Source: Psilocybe cubensis | Lineage: Eukaryota | Assembly (NCBI GenBank): GCA_017499595.2 | Contig: CM039005.1 | Span: 1-64,000 of the forward strand | DNA: 64,000 nt | Reading direction: 5' to 3' | Translations under genes and position numbers: made by a program | Shown here: one piece after another, positions 20,149-32,214 of the stretch | Layout of the letters: the number at the start of each line of letters is the position of its first letter | How positions within the stretch are numbered: the first letter of the stretch is position 1 | Notes under the pieces: generated by a model | What the model saw: the letters and a program-made list of their open reading frames with translations, nothing else | Told to the model about the DNA's origin: nothing | Databases searched by the model: none

Positions 20149-23100
20149 CTAAAACGCCGTGATCAGAGAGCGCCAGCGAAGAGGCTTGAACGGCTGCAGG
20201 AGATAGCGCATTGTCATGTCGCCACATCGAGCACTGAATGCCTCAGACGTCATCGTCGATTTGATGCCCGGCCAAAGCTGAACGCGATAGCGATGAAGCG
20301 CTTCGGGGTTGAGGAATTTCGCCACCAGAACTTCTTCAAACGGGCGAAATACAGCAAGGTTTCGGATGAGGGACTCTGCCCACTCGCGGGTAATGACGTG
20401 AGGAATGTGGCGATCCTTGAGATGTAGATGCGATGTCTTGTCCTGCAACGCAACGTGCGCCAGCAAGTGCATCTCAAACCGCAGGTTTCGTAGGGCTGCG
20501 GGTGTGTTCCTGAGTAACGCGCGTGCAAATTCCGATCCCCGAACCTGCAGAAGAGTCGAGTAGGAAACCCCCGGCGCTAGGACCTCGCGTACGCGTTCCA
20601 TGCGCCGCAATAGGTCAAGGGCGGCAGAAGGCTTCCAAACGAGCTCGCCTTCATGCATATAAACGAAACGCTGGGCTCGCACAGGGTCGGAGAGCAACCA
20701 ACGTCCGTAAGAGTCCCGATAAGCAGAAAAATTGTTACGAGGGTCGTCCAGGAAGCAATAGCCAGCAGATGTATTGTTGGCGCTGTCGACTATGCTCTCG
20801 AGGTCGAGTTCAGGGAAGAGATCGCTGGGTATGTCTTCGCCAAAAAAGAGACGATCCTGCACCATGTTCTCATACCGAACATGCTCCTCGTCGTGCATTT
20901 TCTTGATCATCGATAGAGATATGAGGTGGCCGTTGCAGCTAACCTCTCTTCCGTTCTTGTCCGTGAAACGAAACTGGGAGGCGGTGACTTCGTCTGAGCG
21001 CACAGATGCGAGAACACGGTGGACGTTGTAAATAAACGCCATTGGCGTCTCCTGCCCCGTTGAGATGTACCTTTCCACCTTTTTGAGAGCGCTAGGAACC
21101 ATATATTAACAAATGAACATGAAAAAAGTAAGGAACTTACTCGAATGACGATACGTTGGATTCTTCGGAAATCCTTTCAATTTCAAAGAGCATTGTCGCC
21201 CGAATGCAGTATTCAACGGCGGCGCATATGCCCGTAATCTCTGACGCCAAGCGAAAGCTCCCGTTCGCGCGCAGAGAGTAGAAAACTACGAACAAGATGA
21301 CGGGCGAGAAGAATTTTCGCAGCTTAGAGCTGATCGGGTACTGGCGTCGCTCGTGTGCAAATAATGAGTAGCACGCCTTCTGATATGCCTCGTCGATGAG
21401 CTTCTTGTCTCCGCCGTCCAGTTTGGCTCGTAGCTCTAGCAAAATTACTTTCTGAGATTCGTCGAGAGCGGGGTAGCGCACGGGAGATGTCCACGCGGAG
21501 TCCATGGTGCGCAAAACGTTGAAAATAAGCCGCACAATAATGTTTCCGTATCGCTGCTGCGTCTCGGGTTGAATGTGGTTGAAATTGTTTGACGACATGT
21601 TGCTTCTACCGTGTGCAGTGAATATCAGCTTTGATTTAATGCAATTAAACTTACGATTGATTGAACTGAGCAATATTGTGCGTCATGCCGAACGTATGGT
21701 GTTCGTTCACCAGTAGCTGGACGCTGGCCAGTGCGCGATGGGCTGCGAGCTGGAGTTGTTTGCCCCATGGCTCGGTCTTGGCGTCTGGTAGCCTGGTAAC
21801 CTCCTGGATGTCGACAGGGGTCAACCCTTTCACTGCGTCAAGCCATCCTTCGCGGAAGAGAAACGAGGACAGATTTTGCGGGTCCTCAATGTCTTGGACG
21901 GGCAACTGTGTGTAATCGGGTGGAGGCGGCATTGTTGTTCCAAAAACAGTCGAGTATGCAAAGGGAATGTCCTGGCGAAGCGAGAGGCACGAAGTATCGA
22001 CTGGAAAATAACGCTTGCTTGGGCCTTTTGTAAGTATCTGCCCGTACATCGTGTAGCAAGCGCGCTGCGTGATAGGCACTTGGCAACGCTGCCCGTTAGA
22101 CTGGTGACCCCGCAGGCTCAACAACGAGTTGTAGCCGCGGTGGCATTTGGAACAAAAATGGAGCTGATCAGCCTCTATAGGAATCCCAAAAATCGGACGG
22201 ATTGGTCCAGCGCTGTAGGCTATCTCAGCCAGCGACACGATCCCGTATTTCCGCCGAAGATCTTCGAGCAATGTGGGGCCTGGTGTATAGTGTGCATTGT
22301 GCTGCTTGACGTGTGCGCACACCGACGCCGGCTCAATCGCTTCCCCACATTCTATGCAGATAACAATCTTGAGAAAAGTGTTGATAACAATTCCAAGGGC
22401 CGGAAGATTGTGCGCGTCGTCGTAGATCACTGTGTGGTCATCGGGTACGATGTCGTAGAGCGAAATGTCTACTTCCATCGCAGTGGTGGGCGTGGCTCGA
22501 ATAGCAGGTGGCTGATGCATGCCCGGAGGTGTCGGTGTCATCCTCTGCGCAGATATGTTGCGCAGTGGCGCAGGAGAAACGGGCCCAGGTATCATCGTTG
22601 GGGGCGATCCTGGGCTCGAGACCAACGGACGCGGCGACCCCTGGCTGCTGATAGCGCGCGCGCCAAGAAACGTGCGCGTAGATGGCCGACTCGCCGCAGG
22701 GGTTACCGGCGCAGGAATCATTGTTGGGGGAGATCCTGCCCTCGAGCCCAAGGGACGCGGCGACGCTTGCCTGCGGGGAGCGTGCGGGATAAGAAACAAG
22801 CGCGTAGACGGCGGATGAAGCTGTGAAGCGGGAGGTGGGGCTCTTGTAGGAGGTGCGGCTCCCCAAGATGGGCGAGGGAGCTGCGATGGAAACATGGGCT
22901 CCGGCGACGGTGGAGATAACGATCGCTCGTTGTCTGAGGTCTGCTGGGGAACCTCCAACGACGGTTCTGCGTGCGAATCAGCAAAGTGACGCTGTAGTAT
23001 GGATTTAGCGTGAAAAATCAAAACACATTGGAAACTGGCTCACCTGTAAACTGTAGGGCGTACTGTACTCCTTGCGGCAGTGTGTGCACGGAAATTTCAT

Positions 23101-23288
23101 GTCGGCGTTGCGTGGCACGACTGTATCGCCTACTGTGACCGATCGCTGGTTATCTTTTCGCCTCGCACGCCCTTCACGTCCACCATCGTCTTCTGTTTCC
23201 CTCCTGCGTCGCTTCGCTGGTTCAGAAGGGTCTAAAATCAAACATTTAGTACCTGTAACCGCTATAAAACGCCCTACTTACCTTCCAT
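20149..23288 (-). pseudogene. 3'-truncated multi-exon gene resembling the N-terminal part of fungal telomere-linked RecQ helicases (zinc fingers, DUF3505-like)
   Basis: Consecutive ORFs 23005-23241, 21651-23021, 21137-21673 and 20149-21102 separated by GT-AG introns; motifs CTHC, CIECGEAIEPASVCAHVKQH, CSKC..H and VRGSEF; the stop codon is supplied by the telomeric junction. Family assignment is from recall. Confidence 0.55.
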
Positions 23289-23644
23289 CCCCGTTTTTTG
23301 TTTGAAAAATGTTTGGAAGTTGGGTGTCTGGGTGAGGGTTGGGAACAGGATAGGTCCACGAACGATGCTGGGGGTGGAAGGGGTCTATATCTGAGAACGA
23401 CGCCCTACGCTCTGCGATGGAAGGCCCAACCAATTGCCCTTCAGAAGACGTATAGGGGGTTAAAGAAGAGATCGATAGTTGATTGACTGTCGTTCCGATA
23501 AGAGGACAGGGCTGAATTAATCAGACACCTGAGTGCCCGATAGTCCGGAGGCGTCCCAATCGAACATCGCGCCCGACACAATCGACGGCGGCAAGGCGTT
23601 GTGCGCAAGCATATCGGGAGGCCAGGTCGTGTGTAACGCGCACA

Positions 23645-24137
23645 AACCAGAGAGCTCTGGTTGCACAATAACGCGACAGCCCACGACCAGAGATCTCTGG
23701 AGGCAGGTATATCGATACGCGATCACAGAATCAGGGTAGGAGGTCGAGTGGAACACTTATACCAGGCCGACGGAATCCTTGGACGAAGTGGAGTCAAACC
23801 AAAGAGCTTTGGTTTGTAGCGTTGGGGGGAACCACGACCAGAGAGCTCTGGAGGCGGATGGATACGTGGGGGTGCATTGACAGGAGCGAGCTCTTGAAGA
23901 TCGAAGCACCGTGAGGGGGGGTGCGACACGGAGAAGGATGGACAAGGCAGTACCAAAGAGCTTTGGTACTGACGGCCCACGATCCACGACCAAAGAGCTT
24001 TGGAGGTGGACAGAACCCGCTATCTCTTGAAGATCGAAGTGCCGTGAGGGGGGGTGCGACACGGAGAAGGATGGACTAACCAGTACCAAAGAGCTTTGGT
24101 ACTGACGGCCCACGATCCACGACCAAAGAGCTTTGGA
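23645..24137. repeat. Cluster of 8 palindromes CCA(A/G)AG-AG-CT(T/C)TGG
   Basis: Copies near 23645, 23687, 23795, 23838, 23948, 23990, 24082 and 24124; partly within a ~134-bp direct repeat. Confidence 0.85.
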
Positions 24138-24277
24138 GGTGGATGGAGAACAGGAACACTCTGGGGTTGCGATCAACAGGGCCCGCGAGCGGTCACGTGA
24201 TTAATTGAAACTCCGCTCTGGGCGTTTTTTCAACCTTCCAACGCTAAGTCCACTTCCTTCTTTAGCACGCACGCACA

Positions 24278-24795
24278 CTACAGAAGCTCTTCTGTAGCAC
24301 GCCGCGTCTGCCATCCCAGAAAGGTTACAGAAGCTCTTCTGTAGCCATTCTGGCTCTTCCCTGCCCCGACGTTTGACACTTCACGTCAGCCGTCCGAGAT
24401 TCGTTACAGAAGCTCTTCTGTAGCCAGCCTCGTTCTTCCCTCCACCCCCATTTTCGACTTCGCGTGTACCATCCGAGATAGGCTACAGAAGCTCTTCTGT
24501 AGCCACCCTCGCTCTTTCCTCCGCCCTTGTTTCCAAACGCGTCCACCGACACCCACGGCCCCGACCTCTGAGAACTACAGAAGATCTTCTGTAGCGATCT
24601 GAGGGCACTGCAGAAGCTCTTCTGCAGGCATCTAAGGCCATCGACACCATCCCAACCGTTCTGCTTGTAGCCACCCTCGCTCTCTCCTCCGCCCTTGTTG
24701 CCAGACGCGTCCACCGACACCAACACCCCCGACCTCTGAAAACTACAGAAGATCTTCTGTAGCGATCTGAGGCGACTGCAGAAGCTCTTCTGCAG
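24278..24795. repeat. Cluster of 8 palindromes CT(A/G)CAGAAG-CT-CTTCTG(T/C)AG
   Basis: Copies near 24278, 24323, 24403, 24481, 24575, 24608, 24744 and 24776. Confidence 0.85.
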
Positions 24796-24924
24796 CCATC
24801 TAAGGCCATCGCCATCGTCCCGACCCTTCTTCTCTGCGCCCACAACACATACCTGAAGCGCCGTTCCTCACCGTAAGTGTTCGCGTTCATTGCCCACATA
24901 TGCTTGTTACTTACTCTGCTGCAG

Positions 24925-27900
24925 ATGTCCCAGCAAACCCACATCGATTGGGCCCAAGGGTCCGCGTTTGTCCAGAAGGGCACCATATACGTGTCCCCCA
25001 ACTGCAAGCGTGTCGTCATCATCCCACCCGCTGAGGTCGACGTCACCAACCCCTTCGAACAAAAGGCGACACGAGCAGAACCTCGGCGACGAGACCTGGA
25101 TTTAGAGGGCGTCAAACAGCCAGTGCGCTGGCACGATCAGTACGGATGGATCGCCTTCATACCCTTGGCGCCATCCTTCGTGTCCTTGCCGTTTAATTTT
25201 TTGTGCTGGTCTCCAAAGATTTTGCGCAATAAACCGCACAAGTCTCCGGCCACGTATGAAATGGAGTGGCACAGTGTAAAAGAATGGCGCCAATTGGATG
25301 AAAACATCACCCTTCTGTGCGAAAAGATCCGCTTATGGTGTCGCGTTCCTGGAACCCCACCTCCTAGCCCCAAAAGCTTCGGTTATGATCTCAGGTATAG
25401 CTCTGAAGCAGACGCGCAAAGGAGCTTTGAGGCCACCCGAAACGCGTTTATCCTGTGGATGGGCTACCTGTCGTATCTCGTCGCCCAAAGTCGTCGCGAG
25501 ATCTATTCAAAGCACATCAAGCACGATCCCAAAAGCCCCGTCCCTGCATGGCATGAACGCCTCCGCGCTGAGCATCCTGACATCTCAGAAGTATGGCTGG
25601 ATGGCTTGTATCATTCCAACGTATTTTCGTTTAACGCCAGAACCCCTCGTGTCGGCATGGTCTACGAGTTGAGCAGCACCCACGCGACACGCCCTCCCAT
25701 CGAATGGCTTCTGGAACACCATGTTCCAGTGTATTATCCGTGGCGGATGCGGGAAGAGGAGATCTTTCTCACCCATAAAATTATCAATCTTGAACTTCGC
25801 CCCCCGCGCGACTTGTTGGCGGCAACACTTACAGACCTATTCAAGTCGATGGACGTGTCTCTCGCAGCCGCCTTTGCGCGCAAATTTTTTAATAAATCTC
25901 ATTCGACGGAGGGCCTCACGATGAAGTCGCTGGGAGATGAGTACTCCACTACTTTGGTGTATTCTATCCTCAGTAACGATTTCGCCCACAACTCAGAGGC
26001 ATTGGATCAGCACATGTCCCAGCCGTATGAAGAATTGGAACGGAAGCTCCAAAAGAGAGACGAGGAACAGCGTCAGCTCGCCATTGACAGCGCCAACCTG
26101 CCTACGCTGCGCATGATCGAACTGGCGAATGAAAACCACAAGTTGCTGACCTCTGTGCACGATGACTGGGATGCTTACTGGGCTGCAAGGGTGGAAGAAC
26201 GGCGACAGATTCTGGCCAAAGAGACGCCAGAAGCTAGACAGGCTCGGCTGAACCGAGAGAACAACCCATCGGTGGTACGTAGCAAAGTATTTGTCTGGAA
26301 AACGCTGGTGTCCACAGAGGGAGCCAGCGTTTACATGCGCGAACACATCGCAACGTCACGGAACAGCACCGAGGAGGCCAAACTTCGCCCACACCGCAAG
26401 GTCTACAACGGTGTGACCGACGAATGGGATCTCTGTCGAGATTTGGAACCACCAGCCGAGTTGGCAGGCGCATCCGCGATGTTGGACCAGCGCAATCAGG
26501 CACAGACAAGGCCTGCTAGAGGCCAGCATCGCCGCGGTAGAGGTGTACGTCCCGCAAAACAACCCAGGCAGCACCCGAAACCAGCACCTGCCGAGGAAGA
26601 GTGGGAAGGCGTACCCTGGTACGACACCATTGAACCTGACCCCGATGCGCCGGTGGCCTCAACGTCGGCCCTTCCCCCCGCTCGTAATCCTTCCCCGCCC
26701 CCTTTGCCTCCAAACAACCCGCCTGTCATTGAGGTTCCAACACCCTCGTCATCGCGAGATAGACCCCGCCGCGCACCCACGACACCCCCACGGCCCACGC
26801 TAGGACGGCGCCTGCGCAGTCGCTCGCCAACACCCCCAGAGGTTGCAACGCGCTCTCGCCCACGAGCACGTCGTTCCCCAGAGAGCGAGTCGCGGGTCCA
26901 ACAGAGCCCCCCTGCCGTCGTCGAAGATTTCGAGATGGAGGAACCAGGCCCATCTGTTGAGGATGAAAATGCGGATGTTGAGATGACCACGGACGCGCCC
27001 GCCACGGATGTTGTGCAACCCCAGCCCATTACACCCGACAACGATATGGTCAGATGCCTGCGCCAATCTTACGGCTACCTCCCTGGCACAACGACGACGC
27101 CCTGTGCCGCTGCAGACTGGGATGAACTGGTCGAAACCTTTGGGTTTACAGAGTTACTTACCCCAGAAGTAGCCCTGGACGCTCAACAACACATCAAACA
27201 GTTTTATCTGGCTTGCATTGAACCCACAAGCACAGAAATGCCGGCCGCCCTGTCTGATCTCAACACGCACAGTCTGACTTCGCTTTCTCGTCTGCTGGAC
27301 CTTTCGCAAATTCACCGCCCTCATGAAAATCTGTTTGTTTTTTCAGAACCTCGTTCAGAGGAACACGAGTGGATGTTGGGTGTCGAAACGGCAGAGATCG
27401 CCCTTTACGTGTGTCGGCTCAGGTTAGAGCACTCCTGGGCTCGCATCGACTCCCTCACAAAAATGCTGCTGGAGAGAGGTGTGCCCTGTCGCACTCTCAT
27501 GGGCATTGAAATGTCGGGTCGCTGCTCCACTGTTCAGGAGCCGTACACCCCTCGATCTGTCCGCCCGTCAGCTTACAAATTCGGCGTTGATGACTTCGAA
27601 GCATACCGATTGCAATGCGAGAACATCATCAAACACCAACAACACGGTCGGGCTGCCTTGCTGAGGGGTGGATTGGTGGGTAGGATAGCCAGTGAGTATC
27701 TGAGCGTCGACGATGGGCTGGCTGGCCCCTCTAAGGAAATCATTCAGAACCGGCAGGGGTTCATCGTGCCAGCTGGCGACACGACTTGGTGTTATTGCGA
27801 CGACCAGCTCACCGAGAACGAGCTGTCCATTATATGCGGCACCTACACGCTGTACACAGGTATGTTTTCCTTGTTTATTCTCAATTTTATGCACTAACAA

Positions 27901-28218
27901 CATTTTTCTCAGCTACTAAAGGTCAAATAACTGTAAAATCGTGGTTCCCTCCCCCGAACCTGTGGCAGGTGCCCCCCAGCATGAACGGATCACAATGGGT
28001 GGAATGGACGCCTGCCAACGAGGCATGGTACCGTGAACGCGTAGAAGACATTCGCACTCGCCAGGCCCAGCCATTGACAAGAGTGCAATGGAAATCAATA
28101 TTGCGCGGCACTCCTCCCAGTAGGAAGCTTCTGGCGGCAGCGTCTCATCGAGCTCAGGCCTTTGTCAACGGGCACGTACCGGTGGTGCCAACTTATCGTG
28201 TTCGCCCAGGCCTGTAGT
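24925..28218 (+). CDS. Large hypothetical protein (~1080 aa) with a Pro/Arg-rich linker; intron 27860-27912; start uncertain
   Basis: 3-kb open frame; GTATGT..CTAAC..CAG intron links it to the ORF ending at ~28217; no domain recognised. Confidence 0.7.
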
Positions 28219-28479
28219 TACATTGTCAATGTAAGTGTTTTTTCATTTAAGAATAGCCCATTCTAACAAAAATATGTAGATATATGCGTGTTTTTTTGGT
28301 CAATATGTCTTATAAATTTGTTTTTTGGTGTCTACAAAACAGAGCTCGCGTGAGATATATACAAGTTGATATCAGGGTAAGATGACTAGTTATAAAAAAT
28401 TTAACAAAATTACAGTACAGCAAGGCCGAGATGTATCAAAGACAAGACAGCAAAATGGCAGCGACAGGAGGCGAGTAGA

Positions 28480-29475
28480 GGCAGCGCGGCGGCAGCGACA
28501 GGCGGCGACGGCGGGACGACAGGCGGCGACGGCGGAATGACAGGCGGGGAGGGGAGGCGGCAGCGGCAGCGGCGGCCCGGTGTGGCGGCGCAACAACACG
28601 CAGCAGAGTGCGTGTCGTGGTGGGCGGCGAGTGGACGCGACGGCGGGACGACGCGCGGTGACGTCGTGACGACAGGCGGCGACGGCGTGACGACAGGCGG
28701 CGACGGCGGGACGACAGGCGGCGACGGCGGGACGACAGGCGGCGACGGCGGGACGACAGGCGGCGACGGCGGGACGACAGGCGTTGACAGCGGAATGACA
28801 GGCGGCGAGGCAGGCGGCAGCGGCAGCGGCGGTCCGGTGTGACGGCGCAACAACACGCAGCAGAGTGCGTGTTGTGGTGGGCGGCGACTAGACGCGACGG
28901 CGGGACGACGCGCGGTGACGTCGTGACGACAGGCGGCGACGGCGGGATAACACGCGGTGACGGCTGAACGACAGGCGGCGACGGCGGGACGACAGGCGGC
29001 GACGGCGGGACGACAGGCGGCGACGGCGGAATGACAGGCGGCGAGGGAAGGCGGCAGCGGCATGACAGGGGACGAGGAGAGGGGGCAGCAGCAGCAGCGG
29101 CCCGGGTGTGGCGGCGCAACAACACGCAACAGAGTGCGTGTTGTGGTGGGCGGCGACTAGACGCGACGGCGGGACGACGCGCGGTGACGTCGTGACGACA
29201 GGCGGCGACGGCGGGATGACACGCGGTGACGGCTGAACGACAGGCGGCGACGGCGGGATGACACGCGGTGACGGCTGAACGACAGGCGTCGAGTGGAGGT
29301 GGCGGCAGCAGCAGCGGCCCGGAGGTGGCAGCGCAACAACATGCAGCGGCAAGCGCAGGCGTCGGGCAGACGGCGAGCGCAAGCGTTGGGACGGCGAGCG
29401 CTGGCGTTGGGACGGCGAGCGCAAGCTTTGGGACGGCGAGCGCAAGCTTTGGGACGGCGAGCGCTGGCATCGGGA
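28480..29475. repeat. GC-rich 21-bp minisatellites (GACAGGCGGCGACGGCGGGAC; GGGACGGCGAGCGCAAGCTTT) with higher-order ~250-bp blocks
   Basis: Visible tandem units; the block CGCAACAACACGC..AGAGTGCGTG recurs three times. Confidence 0.9.
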
Positions 29476-29483
29476 GACAGGCG

Positions 29484-29612
29484 GGAGGCCGGCCTCCAGT
29501 GCCTGTCAAAAATTTATTTTTAGACGGAGGCCGGCCTCCAGTGCCTGTCAAAAGTTATTTTTAGACGGAGGCCGGCCTCCAGTGGCCTCCATCAATTTGG
29601 AGGCCGGCCTCC
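29484..29612. repeat. Four copies of the perfect palindrome GGAGGCCGGCCTCC in ~41-bp tandem units
   Basis: Copies at 29484, 29526, 29567 and 29599. Confidence 0.9.
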
Positions 29613-29786
29613 GTAAATTACACATTTAATTACGTAGCACCTCCGTATGTACAAAATAAAATATTTTGAAAGTGTATTTGGGGGTTTTTGGGGTCCAGGA
29701 ATCCGAATCTGCCATCAGATTTCAGGATTTCTGAACAGGAGGCCCAATGCAACGAAGGCCCCCCCTTCGGGGGGGAATAAGCCTAG

Positions 29787-30575
29787 GATGCAGGCAGCAA
29801 GAGCCTCGCCGTCGACGTCCTCTGCAATGATGATCAGTGGGCGGCTGGCCTGCGCCGCGGCCTCGAGGGCAGGGAGGATATCCTGTAGGGCGGAAATCTT
29901 CTTCTCAGAAAGCAGGATAAAGGGCTTCTCGAACTCGACGCGTTGGGACTTGGTGTTGGTGATGAAGTAGGGTGAAATGTAACCACAGTCGAAGCGCATA
30001 CCCTCCGTGATCTCAATCTCGTCCTCAATCATCTTTCCCTCCTTCACAGTGATGACACCCTCCTTTCCGACCTTTTCCATCGCCTGAGCAATCAATCCTC
30101 CAACGTGGGCATCACCGTTTGCAGAGATAGTGGCAACTTGTGCGATTTCGGCGGTTGTTGTGATAGTTTTGGCGTGTGCGGAGAGAAAAGAAACGACGCG
30201 GTCGACGGCAGCCTGGGATCCACGGCGCAGGTCCATGGGGTTGCATCCAGCTGCGACGTTCTTGACACCTTCTGAGTAGATGGCACGCGCAAGAACAGTG
30301 GCGGTTGTCGTGCCGTCTCCAGCAATTTCATTTGTTTTCGAGGCAACATCTTGAATCAGGCTGAGCAAATCTACTTAGCGCTCTGCTCGAAAACAGTGAA
30401 AGTGGGAAGACGTACCGAGCGCCCAGGTTCTCAAACTTGTCTTCACACCGTCTGTCGAAAACCAAACCCTCGTCAGCAAACACTCTCCCAGAACCACGAA
30501 ACAACGCACCCTTGGTGATTTTTGGTCCACCGTACGCCTGCTCAATGATCACATTGTGACCCTTTGGTCCAAGTG
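29787..30575 (-). pseudogene. HSP60: Mitochondrial chaperonin HSP60 (GroEL family) gene fragment with introns
   Basis: [47 protein letters not shown] and [12 protein letters not shown] motifs; both ends missing; substitutions at conserved residues. Confidence 0.88.
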
Positions 30576-30920
30576 TCGCACATTGATGCAACTATCCGAG
30601 CTATGTGAAATAGGTGCCAGCGGTTTTGACGTGGACTCAGAGATGTTTGTCAAACAAGATCAGCAGATGTCGGAGCTTCAAAATCAAATCAAGCGGAGCC
30701 TGAACTCACTTGAAGTCCCGTTGCAAGCAAAATCATGTCCACTTTGTTTGCTTTTTTCTAACCACCACCATTCTCTGCCCACGGATATACATGGGGGCAA
30801 GGTACGTGTAGTCATCTTTGTAAATTGATGTCTCCTCCTCGCACTAACATCATACACATCTTCCTTTAACCAAAACAAGTTAGTAGATTATACTTTTTTG
30901 GTGAGTAATAGATGATTCTC

Positions 30921-32212
30921 ACTCGGTGCTCATCAGTACTCACCACATCCTAGGACCAACTATCTTGAACACTTGGATGAAGGGTCAGTATTTTAGTCTC
31001 TATTTAGTGTGCTTTACACTACTAACATTACTTGTGAAAGGTCCCGGACAACCAGACATTTGGATACAGACTTGAAAGCATGTACATGTAAGTATATGCG
31101 CTTTTTATTGGTTTTTGATTCATTTTTTGATGCATATATTTTGGTTCTCCATTGCCCGTACCACTTCAGCTGTTCCGAATGCTTGAAGCTGCCTTTTCCC
31201 GTGCGTCTTCACCATTCACACCTTCTTTGTGTCATTGAGTGTAGGAATTGTCAGCTTTAGGTTCTGTTTTGGTGTTGAGGGTCCGGAGCCGTGCACGCTA
31301 GCATGCGGGTTCAATGTGTCTTATATAGTTGCACTATTTTTGTGAATAAATAATCTATTTTTCATTATGATTTTTGTGTGCTCCAAAAGGCATTACAATT
31401 GCAATACCCAGAAATATTGTAAACCTCAAATTAATTTATTCATGCTGCAATATTTCCGTTTTCTTACAACATTTCAAGAGCGTTGTAACGCAGTGCGAGA
31501 ATTTCGAAGAAAAAAATATTTTATTGGGTTTACAATGCTTTGTAATCTACCTGCACTTTTTATGATGACTCGGTGCTCATCAGTACTCACCACATACTAG
31601 GACCAACTATTTTGAACACTTGGATGAAGGGTCAGTATTTCAGTCTCTATTTAGTGTGCTTTACACTGCTAACACTACTTGTGAAAGGTCCCGGACACCC
31701 AAACACTTGGATACAGACTTGAAAGCATGTACATGTAAGTATATGCACTTTTTATTGGTTTTTGATTCATCTTTTGATGCATATATCTTGTCCTCCATTG
31801 CCTGTACTACTTCAGCTGTTCCAAATGCTTGAAGCTGCCTTTTCCCGTGCGTCTTCACCATTCACACCTTCTTTGTGTTATTGAGTGTAGGAATTGTCAG
31901 CTTCAGGTTCTGTTTTGGTGTTGAGGGTCCAGAGCCGTGCACGCTAGCATGCAGGTTCAATGTGTCTTATATTGTTGTACTATTTTTATGAATAAATAAT
32001 CTATTTTTCAATATGATTTTTGTGTGCTCCAAAAGGCATTACAATTGCAATACCCAGAAATATTGTAAACCTCAAATTAATTTATTCACACTGCAATATT
32101 TCCGATTTCTTACAACATTTCAAGAGCATTGTAACACAGTGCGAGAATTTCGAGGAAAAAAATATTTTATTGGGTTTGTAATGGTTTGTAATCTACCCGC
32201 ACTTTTTATGAT
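30921..32212. repeat. Tandem duplication of a ~647-bp AT-rich unit (30921-31567 and 31568-32212)
   Basis: Both units begin ACTCGGTGCTCATCAGTACTCACCACAT and end TTTTTATGATG; differences are mostly transitions. Confidence 0.9.
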
Positions 32213-32214
32213 GT

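Larger units (their letters stand above)
1..20150 (+). mobile_element. Telomere-associated tandem array of endonuclease-deficient Penelope-like retroelements (Coprina/Athena-like)
   Basis: Head-to-tail near-identical copies with a PLE-type RT, no GIY-YIG motif seen, 5' truncations capped by (TAAACCC)n, all in one orientation. The array continues beyond the left window edge. Confidence 0.93.

Noticed and set aside
23645-24795. CRISPR-like appearance of spaced palindromes
   Set aside because: Irregular and partly duplicated spacers, eukaryotic context, no cas genes
28390-29564. Long Pro/Arg/Ala-rich ORFs on both strands
   Set aside because: By-products of stop-free GC-rich minisatellites
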